Below, in pieces: positions 36,891 to 48,068 of a stretch of DNA of 64,000 bases. Origin of the DNA: Chlorokybus atmophyticus (Eukaryota; Plantae; Mesostigma and Chlorokybus algae); the NCBI GenBank assembly GCA_009103225.1, contig RHPI01002533.1, positions 1,301,183-1,365,182 of the forward strand, given 5' to 3'. The translations under genes were made by a program, and so were the position numbers. The notes below the pieces were generated by a model that was not told where the DNA came from, searched no databases, and saw nothing but the letters and a program-made list of their open reading frames with translations. Positions within the stretch are counted from its first letter, which is position 1. Every line of letters starts with the position of its first letter.

Positions 36891-39141
36891 TCAGTTTGAT
36901 GTCGATTGCTGTTTGCTGCTAGTAGTGTACTTTCTCACACTTTGTGCTATGATGCGAGCTGCCTCTGTGACCTCAGCCTGAGTGGTTGGCTTTCCAGTAG
37001 ACAACCGCAGAGTGCCGAGCGCAAACTCCACAGGTACGTTCATGGCTTTGAGTACAGATGATACTGTCGATGTGCCTGCATGGCACGCTGAGCCCGCGCT
37101 CGCCGCCACGTCTGTCTCTATGTCATGCAGGACATCGCTTGCGCTGACACCCTCTATAGATATGCTGCACATGTAAGCAACAATAGAACGTTGGTGCAGT
37201 CACACTCATTGCTTACTCTAACAGCTGCACAACATGCATGACATACCTGAGGGTGTTAGGCAACCGCTTCAAAGCGTCCTGAGGCCCATTGATGAGGTAT
37301 CGCACGCCGTCAAGTGGTGGCGTGAGTTCTCTCACCAATGCTTCACGCATCCGCACCATGTGCTCCATGTTCTGCTGCAGACCTCTACGTGCAATGCGCG
37401 CAGCCTTGCATGGCAGCAACATCAGCTTCTGCCATCACAGCTTGCATCCCACAAACGGTGATTAATCCTCAAAGAGAAACCACCGCTCCGAGGCCGGCGA
37501 TGAGGGTGATGTTCTCTGTGCCGGCTCGCATGCCTCGCTCATGCCCTGCGCCGTGCATGAACTTGCACAGACGGTGGCTACTCTTGATGTAAAGCGCTCC
37601 GACACCCTTGGGACCATAGAACTGGCCATGTGCATGATCAGCCTCATGCCTTCCACCACTTCTTGTGAGAGATCCAGCCAACAAAAAACACAAGGCCAAC
37701 ACTGACCTTGTGACCTGCGATTGTGAGCATGTCCACACCCAGCGTGCCCACGTCAACTGGGACTTTACCCACAGACTGGCTGGCATCCGTGTGAAGCGGA
37801 ATGCCACGCTCCCATGCCACGGCCGCCACCTCCGCTAGCGGCTGGATACTCCCCACCTCGTTGTTGGCGTGCACTGCACCGCACACATGATTTCTCAATA
37901 CCACACAAGCGTGCACGCGCACGCACACACCCCTTATCCACATGCGTTGGCGAACACACGTCCACACGCCTGCATGCATGCCCACACTCGCAGTGAATCC
38001 GATGCTATAGCGTACTCCCACTCACTGACGGTGATCAGCATGGTGTCGTCCCGTACAGCCTCCCGCACGGCATCCACATCCACAAGTCCCTGCGAGTCCA
38101 CCCCCACAACAGTCATGTCAAACCCGTGATGCCGCTCGAGGTAGCGGCAGGGCTCGAGCACGGCCGGGTGCTCGATGGCGCTCGTGACGATGTGAACGCC
38201 CTGAACGCCGCCGCCGCGCGCCTCCCGAGCGTGCAAGGCCGTGCCGAGGATGGCCCAGTTGTTGCTCTCCGTGCCTCCCGAAGTGAAATAGATCTGCGCA
38301 AGTGTATGTGGAGATTGTTAACCCTCCCGCGCGTACGTGCATGCGTGCGAGTCTGCATGCATGCGTGTGCGCGAGCGCGCGTGTATGCGTGACACCACCC
38401 ACGCATGCGCGGGATGCACATACATGTGTGTGTTGTTGTTTATTGATTGTGGTCTATCGGATGCACACCTCAGAGGGGTGGCAGCCAATCAGTGCAGCGA
38501 GTTCGGCACGTGCTGACTCCACTACAGCTTTGGCACGTTGGCCGTACGCATGCGAGCTGTGAGAGTGGCATACGCATCATCAAGCACAATGCAAATACCA
38601 AACAAACAACGCACTGAGCGCCAAGCACCAATCAGGTTGTTACGAGCGATGCGCATGCACGCGTGGCTCGTCCTGCACGAACAGTGAACAGCGACCGAAG
38701 ATAGATTCTGGATGCAAACCTTGACGGGTTGCCAAACTCTGAGTAGAGGAAGGGAAGCATAGCATCCGCTGCCTCCTTGTCTGCACGACAACAATGTGAT
38801 GTAGCATTTCAATCTCAATCCCAAGACGAGCAAGCAGCTGTGCTGCAGGGCTCGTTGTTGTTCACATCATTCGTTGTATGGCGTGGCCAGCAGCAACACA
38901 CGACCACGCAGACGAAACGTGTGCACGACAGCATCAAAGTACCCATGCTTGTATCAGTCGTCTGCTACGGGTGGTTGCATGCGCACGAAGTATGTGCCAA
39001 GTGTTATGCGTGGAGCTGTAAAATCATGCATGCATGTATCACCATACCGATGGGCGTGGTAGCGTTGTAGTCCAGATATATTGGCTTCGCCTCCCCATCA
39101 CTCTGCACCTCCTGCACTTCACTCCCACCAACTCCTCCCAT
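36891..39141 (-). CDS. Group I NifS-like cysteine desulfurase / selenocysteine lyase-like PLP enzyme with no transit peptide, 8 exons
   Basis: IYLDYNATTPI, FGNPSSSH, IYFTSGGTESNN, SAIEHPAV, HANNEVG, HTDASQSVGK, AGHKFYGPKG (PLP lysine), RAGTEN, RLPNT and SAGSACHA (catalytic Cys). Confidence 0.93.
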
Positions 39142-39282
39142 CTCTGCCGCCGCCGCCGCCGCTGCCGCCACCGCCGCCGCTCCTGTGGCCTACTGTTGCC
39201 ACGCTCCACATCACCAGCCTTGTCGCTGTGGTTGTGGTCGGCGTTGTGGTTAGGGGTGACAGAGTAGAGCGGGGGCAGAGAG

Positions 39283-40179
39283 ATGGCTTGGCTCTACGAG
39301 AAGAGTCCCGCATGGAGGCGACTGGTGGCCGAGACGAAGGGCCGTCCGTGGGTGCTTGCGGGCTTCACCGCCGCGTGCTGCGGGGTAGCCGTGGCACTGG
39401 GAGCGGCGACTATGGCAGCCACCAACAACACGGCCAAGGAAGAAAGACTCAGACAAGAGGTGGGGAGCATGAATTGCATTAGCACCAGTAACACCATCAT
39501 CATCATGATTGTAGCATCAGCAGCAGCGTCGCCATGGTCATGGTCGCCTGCCCGCGTTGTTGTCATAAGTGTGAGTCCAGCAGACAGGGTTTGGTAGTAT
39601 ACTTCGGTGGACACGCATGCATGTATGTCTACGTCAGAGCATATGTGCACGTCTTGCCTCCGGTGTGTCCATCTCGCTCAACACGCATGACCACAAGACC
39701 CACATGCCATCCATCCACAATACACTTGCATACTAGTTGTACTGGAAACCCAGAGAAGAATTATTCAGACTAGCAGAAACAGAATGTCCTGTTCGTCTCT
39801 GCGTGATAGAGCTGGTTTTTCTATGCGTGGCAGCTTGAAAGGAAAGCGTCGAGCAACTCGCAGCTGTTGTCTAAAGTGAACAACGAGCGTCTGCACGAGT
39901 ACCTGCAGGAGATACACCGCAAGGAGAACAACGACGACCGATACCAGGCCGCCATCAGGCGTGACACACACACATTGGATTGCAACACCACACACCCTCA
40001 CCACCCTCATCACCATAGTCATCATGTTCACGTTCATGTGCAGGGGTTACACGGCAACCGGGACAAAGGACAACAGGGTGTTCAAGCCAGGGACGAGTAT
40101 GCGCCCGCTGCCCGACCGGCCAAGCACACCTCCACCAGCACAACAACAACAACAACAACAAGAGTTGAAGGCCTCGTGA
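39283..40179 (+). CDS. Small conserved-looking hypothetical protein with one TM helix, 3 exons
   Basis: MAWLYEKSPAWRRLVAETKGRPWVLAGFTAACCGVAVALGAATM / LERK...KVNNERLHEYLQEIHRKENNDDRYQAAIR / GYTATG...poly-Q. Confidence 0.7.
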
Positions 40180-41071
40180 CAAGGAGGGTGCGCCTAGTCT
40201 TAGTGTACAGTGATTGGAGTTGATGGGTGGAGGCTTATGGTCGGCGTTGGGGGATTGTTGTGGCTGTGGCACATTCGCTTATAGAACGACAAGGTAGGTC
40301 ATGTAGAGTGTGACACACTATGTGTCCTGGATTACCATTGATTTACCGAGGTGGTTATCTGAAGTCATCCTTGCTTTCAAGGGCATCCCTGCGAACATGT
40401 ACAATTGTAGTGTGTGCACTGGCTGGTTGTGTACACGCATGAGACAGGATGGTAATGTAGCTAATCCACAAACAGCTAGGCGCAACATCTGGACAGAACA
40501 CGGTCATAAACCCGTTACGTTAAGTATGACCGAATTTGTACAGTGTGGCCAAACTTGCAAACCCTGCCCGACAGCATTAGCAGTCACCACATGCAGGCAG
40601 ACAGGCAGGCAGGCATAACTTGCGAATGTCTCTGAACTGATGTGCATGTGTGACAGTGGAGGACTGTGCTCGCGTGCGGGCTGTCACAGCAGTACCCTGG
40701 CTGCGTTTGAATTGATGGTGCATGCGAGTCTCATGCACAAGCTGAAGCATGTGGCATTCTCCACACGACAACGCTACGACGTCCAACGCGGTGCCTTGCC
40801 ATAACCACAGTGACTGTGGAGAGCTTCAACACGCTGACACCCGACACAACCACAACGCGCTTTTGTCATGCCGACACGCACGTACACCTGCATATAGATA
40901 CACAACACATGAGCATTCAGCAAAAGTGCCTCCTAAAAGCTGCTGCCGACGCACAATGACACAGACCGGAACGATTGCCTTCAGCCATTGGAAGGACGTT
41001 TGCAGCATCATACACATACGCATGTGCCTCGATCAAGCTGTGCCTCTTGGCATTAACCTCAGCGGCACACG

Positions 41072-44000
41072 CTATGATGGCAGGTAGTACTGATTGTGCT
41101 GTTGCCGGTGCTTTGCCAACAACTCACGAGAGCTCTCCTGCGCAGACAACATTCAGGGGGGTTAGCATCTTGACTGACCGAGCAGTACAGCACTGTGGAG
41201 ATGCAGAAGCCCACATGGCATAGTTCTCACCGCCGACTGTTGGGAATCTACAGGCTGCAGTAATGTTGCTGCGGCGTCTGGCAACGGTGGCGTGTCTTCA
41301 TGAACACCAGTATGCACATCGTCTGGTAACTCATCTTGCAACTCCTTTGGCACCGGAACAGCAGCTTGCAGACCAGGCTGATACTGAATCAATCCACTTG
41401 ATGAGATAAGACACACACACAACGTGCGCACGAGGCGATGCTCCAGACACCGTACCGGTTTCAACTCAACCGCCAAACCGGAGGCAAGCTGCTGCATGAA
41501 AGCCTGAAGACGAGCCGTGCGGCCGTCAGTAGCGAGCTGGTGCGCAGCATCCACAACCGGCAGCAGCATGCACGCGCGCTCCTGCACTTCCACGTGCGTG
41601 CTGCCCGTCAAGGGCTCGAGGTGCACACGAATCACAGAGGCAACCTCTTGCACGCTTGAAACCGAAAACTCCTCTGAAGACTGCAAACCCAGCGAAGCAA
41701 ACACCTACAATGCCAACACATAGTTAAGGTTCGTGTGATATAACAAGGGTGGTTCGAGCACAAAGCACAAACCTATTGTAATAAGCACCTTGAGCACGGC
41801 TTGGACGTACAAAGCCTGGACACTGGCTGGCAGTTGCAGTATGCTTGGCTGCAGCATGGCTTCGATGATGGCGCGGCGGTCCTCCACCAAACTCGCGTAC
41901 TCGCCCGTCACGCAAGCGGCGGCCGCGAGCACGTCGGAGACGGTCTTGTTGCTGCTGTTGGGCGCAAGAAGACGCGGGTCGCTTAATAGCGGCCGCACCA
42001 TCTGAAGCACCGCTGGCCTTGCTGACTGCAAGCAAGTAGTCAGTTCAATGCTGAATACAATACATAAGTGAAGCGCTAACAACTGTACCTGCACGTTGAG
42101 TGCGATGTCCATAATCTCCTGGCCGACAGTGGCGCCGTGGCTGCTGCCGGGGATGCATGCCACCTGGCCCAGTAGCGTAATGTACCACTGCTTGTCCGAC
42201 AGCATCCGGTAGTTATCTTTCCTGCACATGGCGAGTACAGATCCGACAACCTCGTCTCTGAGCGCCGCGCTGGCGCGATCCACGCACCCGAGCAGTAGCT
42301 CCACCGTGTCCCGCAGCGTGTCTCGGCTCACCATGTCGGTGATCAACGCCAGCGCCTTGAACTGGATGACCGGGTCGATGTCGGTGAGGGAGTGATGGAT
42401 GGCGGTCTTGTGATCCCGCACCATGTCGACGTGAGACGGGACGAGCGTGTGCAACAAGCACAACCCGAGGTAGCGCAGGTTCTGGTCCTTGTCCTCGACG
42501 AAGCCTTTCAACCCTTCCGCACAGAGAGCGAGCACCTCCTCGTGCCAGCTGAGGTGCTCCAGAGCCACTTGCAAGCACTCATAAAGAAGGGACTTGGCGT
42601 GCGTGTTGACAATCAACTTCAACATCGGGTCCGCCAGCTTCTTCGCCAGCCTCGGCTCCACAGGAATCAGCGCAGCCAAGAGCTTCATGATCTATAAAGA
42701 AGAGTGGTAAACACATCTCTGGATCATGCATTTGTCGAGAGCAGATGTGTAAGTGTGACACTACTCTGCGACGATAAACCCACCTTGATCACAAGCCAGT
42801 TGCTTTCTGAGGTGGTTAGCATTTTGTACAACAGCGGGGCCAAAGGCAGGCAGGCGTGCGGCTGCTGGGAAGCGACTTCGACGAGCGCGTTTACCGCAGC
42901 TGTCGCCACTCTTGGATCCGTGTCTTCTAGCCGTTCGCACCACCGCGCCAACGCTGTCTACCATTCAGCTCATCAGTCAGATAGAAACATTACTGCATAC
43001 ATCTCAACATCATCAACAACCTGCAATCCGTCCGGGTATTGTGCGACAAACTTGTTGAGGGTGAGCATGGCTTTCTTGCGCACATAAGCGTATGAGCTTG
43101 CTGCGCACTGGGAGACTTCTGGCATGAGGTCTGTTGCAAGGTCGTGCGTGGCGATGTTTGCAAGGCAGTCGAGCGCGAGTCCCGCGTAGTACGGGTTGGC
43201 GTGCTGCAGGTCTTTGCGGAGGAGGTTGGTGACCAGGACCATGATGTCGAGCCCTTCCTGGAAGCATTGCACCGCCGCAAGGTAACCGATGCGCTTGACG
43301 CTGTACACGGGGCTGCTCATCACCTCCATCACGTGGAAAGACGCCCACGCCATGTCGTAACCCATCATGTGCAGGTAAGTTAGCTTCTGCAGCGCCGTCG
43401 TCTTCGTGCGCACATCGCTGCTTTTTATCTCCTTCCTGTGCAATAACATGACTCGTTACGAAAGCACTGTTGCTCCTCCTAGAACCGTTGTCTGCAATTG
43501 TGACACGCAATCGGCTCAGCTACCGCACAGACGCGCACCCGTAAGGGCATGCATGCATGTGCGCGCATGCACGTCTGCTTGTGTGCATAAGGTACTGCTT
43601 AAAAGTGCAATTGACAGGCAAAGTCAACGACCGAGGAGTGCGCATGTACTGGTTGTATATCATGCGATCTTGTTCTTAGGGCGTTACTCTCGGTTGAATC
43701 GACATCGACTGCTACTGCTTGATTGTTTGACACGCAGTGAACAGGTGCAGCTAGTTTTACTCGGCACTGTCCGCATGCAACGAGATGTGGCGAAGAAGGA
43801 ACGCAGGTACCATGTGCGGGCCATCCAGCTAAAGGAGCACTTAGACTCAGCATAGCAAAGAAGACTGAATGCACAGCTTACAGTGCACAGCATTGGCTCC
43901 CCAGGCAGGAGGCATGCGTATACACTCACACCTTCCATGCATGGTGAGTAACTGACTGACTCACTTGCAGTCGTGCAGGCATTGGTTGATGTAGCGGGCG

Positions 44001-44074
44001 GAAGTCTCGCCGCTCTGCAGTCGCATGCCCTTGAGCATGTCCCCGAGACCCTTCTGGAACAGAACGGCCCCCAT
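41072..44074 (-). CDS. AP3D: AP-3 complex subunit delta, about 8 exons, with a short C-terminus
   Basis: LFQKGLGDMLKGMRL, EIKSSDVRTKTTALQKLTYL, KRIGYLAA, SNWLVIK, EPRLAKKL, AKSLLYEC, DQNLRYLGL, HVEVQERA and KHRQQHNQYYL. Confidence 0.94.
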
Positions 44075-44140
44075 GCTGACGCCGACGACAGCCACCAACC
44101 ACACCACATTGACACAGTCAGGCACCTTCTTATTGCGATA

Positions 44141-44198
44141 AAAGCCCTAATCGTTGTGAGCCACGCACAAGCAGTGCCCTCGCACACAAATTAGGGCT
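44141..44198. promoter_or_regulatory. Two inverted telo-box-like AGCCCTAAT motifs in the 178-bp AP3D/HAS1 bidirectional promoter
   Basis: AAAGCCCTAAT (44141) and ATTAGGGCT (44190). The same variant occurs upstream of nucleolin. Confidence 0.45.
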
Positions 44199-44252
44199 CA
44201 CGGCAATACTCAACTGCGAAGCGGCGGCGGCGGCGGCGGCGGGGGTGGCGGC

Positions 44253-47200
44253 ATGGCGGAGGTAAAGCGCAAGCGGCCCAGGCGCAAGCCTGGCCAAGGG
44301 GTCGGGGACGGGGGAGCAGCTCCCCTCAAGAAGCTTAGGAAGCAGGAGTTATCGGAGCCGGAGGCTCGCTTGCTGGAGGAGGACGAGGATGCCGCTGGGC
44401 CGCCCGCGGCCTCTGCCGCTGCGGTGGAGGAGGCCTCCCCGCCCCCGGAGAAGCGCCAGCCTGCCGGCAATGCTGCGGACCATGATCAAGAACAGGGACG
44501 GCCCTCCAGGAATGGCAAGAACGTGGCGTTCGGCGTGGAGGTGGAGCGACGCATGGCGGTAGTCAGCGGGATCATGAGCCAGAGGGGCTTTGATACTCTG
44601 CAGCTGTCGCAGCAGACGCAGGTGTGGTAGACAGCCATCGTCTTGCACAATCGCCATGCATGCTGGTTTTGTAATGCGGCTGTCGGGCTCTTTGCCACGC
44701 ATTCCACTGTTCGTTGCAAGAGCCTATGTCATGTAAGGCGCATGTAAGCCAATTGACGCCAGTTCGTTTAGGACTGTGCAGTTGCATCATTTCATTCTGT
44801 TAGAATGGAGTGAACTGTCTGTAGTCGTCCCATTTCAAATCAATGCAGTTATTGTCGGCACTAAAGTTACAGGCACATTGCTTAGTATGCTTCAGTGTGG
44901 TAAGCGTCGTGCAGCCACCAAACGTTTGTTTGCAATGCAGGATGCGGTCAAAGACATGGGCTTCACGCACATGACTGAAGTGCAGGCGCGCACAATACCA
45001 GCGTTGATGCAGGGCAGAGACTTGTTGGGTGCGGCCAGGACAGGGTCCGGTAAGACCCTGGCGTTTCTCATACCAAGCCTAGAGCTGCTGTACAATGTCA
45101 AGTTCATGCCGCGCAATGGGACTGGGGTCATCATCATCTCTCCAACGCGAGAGCTTGCTCTGCAGGTGAGACATAGGCAGGGTTAACTTCTTGCACGTGT
45201 TCTTATCCACAGCTTGCCCGCATTATACCCTGCCTGACACAATGTTTTGCAGCCAAACACTCATGCATGCGCATGGCAATCACTCCTAAAACAGATTTGC
45301 CTTGTTCTTGTGTCTACAGATATATGGTGTCGCACGTGATTTGTTCAAGTATCACAATCAAACTCATGGCATTGTCATGGGTGGTGCAAATCGTCGTACG
45401 GAAGCCGAAAAGCTTGTGAAGGGTGTCAACCTACTAGTTGCAACTCCGGGACGCTTGCTGGACCATTTGCAAAACACAAAGAACTTTATTTTCAAGAACC
45501 TCCAAGTGAGTATGCATGCTATTTAGTTCTGCAAGCTGTGGACTGGTGCTTACAGTGAACCGGTATTGCAGTGCTTGGTGATCGATGAAGCAGATCGGAT
45601 TTTGGAGATTGGGTTTGAGGAAGAGATGAGGCAGATTATCAAGTTGCTACCCAAGGTTATTGACAACTCGTATCCTTGTGCAAGCAGCACGCACGTTCAC
45701 ACACATTGGGTGCTTACCTTTGTGCTATGCTGCGCAGGAGCGTCAAACCATGCTATTCTCCGCCACCCAAACTACCAAAGTGGAGGACCTCGCGCGCATC
45801 TCTTTCAAGAAAGCGCCGTTGTATGTGGGTGTGGATGACCAGAGGACTACGGTGAGTGCGGGTTTGTATAGTTGTACTGTCCTCCTTGGGGCCAGGCTGC
45901 TCTTAGTACTTGGTACTTAGTACTTTCAGCTCGGTATTATTGCTTAGTCCGCGCCTGCGCTGCCCATCGCTAGAGGGGCCCAGCTAGCCTCCACACTGGT
46001 CCTCGTAGATACCATGGGCAGAGCATTGCATACTGCTTGGTCTGGCCCGCTTGTTTACCACACGGGTCAGCCACTCTAGCATGCAACACTGCCGCAAGCT
46101 GCAGGCACTTCTTCACTGTCGCACTGTGCCACTTTGAATCTGATCGCCCGCTCTGTACTTCAGGCCACGGTTGAAGGACTGGAGCAGGGTTATTGCGTTG
46201 TGCCTAGTGAGAAGCGGTTCCTGCTGCTGTTCACATTCCTTAAGCGCAATCTGAAGAAGAAGGTACCCACATACTCTGTTGAATAACTGTTGTGCTCTCT
46301 CTAACTCTGCAGCTGGCGTAGTTGCCCACAGACTGAGTACACAGGAGCGTCGTTGTACAGTGTGTTCATATTCTTCGCTGCATGGTTGCGCAGGTGATGG
46401 TATTTTTCTCCTCTTGCAACGCCGTCAAGTTTCATGGGGAGTTGCTGAACTATATTGACATCCCTTGCATGGACATTCATGGGAAGCAAAAGCAGCAGAA
46501 GCGCACCTCAACGTTTTTCGAGTTCTGCAGCGCAGATAAGGGCATTCTGTTGTGTACGGATGTGGCTGCTCGCGGGTTGGACATCCCTGCTGTTGATTGG
46601 ATTATCCAGTACGACCCTCCGGATGACCCAAAGGAGTACATTCATCGTGTGGGGCGAACCGCGCGCGGCGAGGGTAGCCGAGGACGTGCATTGCTGTTCC
46701 TTACACCAGAAGAGATTCCCTTCTTGAAGTACTTGAAGAGTGCCAAGGTGCCGTTGAACGAATATGAGTTTCCAGACAACAAGATCGCCAATGTGCAATC
46801 GCAGCTGGTGGGTGCCACTCTGCGTGGCAGTGTTTGTTGAAATGTCATCATGATTGCTTATGCTGAGAACTTGATTGCAATGTGCTTGCAGGAGCGACTG
46901 ATTGAAAAGAACTACTACCTGTATCAATCTGCCCGCGATGCGTACCGTTCCTACGTTCTTGCATACAACTCCCACCAACTCAAGGAAATTTTCAATGTGC
47001 ATCGGCTTGACCTTCAGGTGTGCAAAGCCCGCCTGTCCTGTGCTGTTCGTTGCTGTTGTTGTATTGCATGCCGACAACAACCCCGCATGCAGGCTGTGGC
47101 GAAATCGTTTGGGTTCTCTGGGCCACCCAAGGTCAATTTGAACTTGGAGAGCAAAGCCAAGAACGCCAGGGTGAAGCCCGCACTGCCCGGTATGAAAGGG

Positions 47201-47302
47201 AGCTCGTGGAAAAAAGGCGTCCGGTCTGGACACGCGTTCAGCGCTGACAACCCGTACGGAAAGAAATCTGCGGGTGATAAACGCCAGTTTGTGCGCATCT
47301 AA
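44253..47302 (+). CDS. HAS1: DEAD-box RNA helicase HAS1/DDX18 (plant RH27/RH51-like), about 10 exons
   Basis: [80 protein letters not shown] and NVHRLDL. Confidence 0.96.
45175..45296 (+). ncRNA. Candidate intronic H/ACA snoRNA in HAS1 intron 2
   Basis: Perfect 9-bp stem AGGCAGGGT/ACCCTGCCT followed by H box ACACAA (45237). A second hairpin is followed by ACA (45291), and its 3' pocket AATCACTCC is complementary to the recalled SSU sequence GGAGUGAUU. Confidence 0.55.
45960..46091 (+). ncRNA. Intronic box H/ACA snoRNA (dual guide) in the HAS1 intron at 45852-46163
   Basis: Hairpin 1 (GCCCAT/ATGGGC lower stem, GGGGCCCAG/CTGGTCCTC upper stem), H box AGAGCA (46020), hairpin 2 (TGCAT/ATGCA and CTGGCCCG/CGGGTCAG), ACA (46086). 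The pockets lie 15 and 14 nt from the boxes and are complementary to conserved LSU and SSU rRNA segments. Confidence 0.88.
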
Positions 47303-47989
47303 GTTGCTTGGTAGTAGTCAACCGGGCCTTTTGAGTGCCGTGCTGTAGCTAGTTATGTCTTAGCATTTATGGTGTGGTGTTGAGTTGCAGCAATTGGGTG
47401 CTGTTTGACTATAATGAGAATTGTTCAGCCAACACATGGTTGGCTAGCAACTTTGTTGGGTAAACCTGTCGTTGGACCAAGGTAGCAGTACAAGGGAAAT
47501 GTGATTTGTAAGCTCGGTACTTTGGGTTGGTTGCGCTGCTAGAATTGCTGTGTTGCCAGCGCCATGTAGCACTCTTGCGCATGGATAGAGATTGTTGATA
47601 TTGTGACTTACATGGTTTGATGCAATCATTAAGAAACTTGAGGCTAGCTTGTGCACCACACGCCAATGCCAGCAGCAGAGACCAAGGTGCAGTACACGCA
47701 CAAGAAGCAAGGCAGGTACGCGTCGTGGTTGATTGGGTAAGCATCGTGTGCAGGTGACTGCTACCAGACACTTTAATGATGCAAGGGAAGGTTGGTATTT
47801 CTGGACATTGAGCGTTTGCTAAGCCTCAGCCTCCTGCTCACGATGGTCACGTCATGTCTCGTGAATCGTCACGCAAGATGTGACGCGTTACCAAGTCACT
47901 GCCTGCCATTTCTTCCGCCACCTGTCTCTCGTCTCGGCGCATTTGCATTGCGCGGGGTTGTTGGCCACCAGCGGGGGGACGGACGCGCC

Positions 47990-48052
47990 GGGGTGGGCGG
48001 GCGGGCGGGAGAGGCGGGGAGAAGTGGGGAGGAGGGGCGGGGGCGGGGGTGG
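47990..48052 (+). other. G-quadruplex-competent G-run array just upstream of the ACBP4 ATG
   Basis: GGGGTGGGCGGGCGGGCGGG (1-nt loops), followed by further GGGG and GGGGG runs. Confidence 0.6.
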
Positions 48053-48068
48053 CCGCAGGTGCGCTTCA

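Noticed and set aside
44622-44940. Hairpins and an ACA in HAS1 intron 1 as a third snoRNA
   Set aside because: There is no correctly placed H box or bipartite pocket, and no target was found. Still worth including in a covariance scan.
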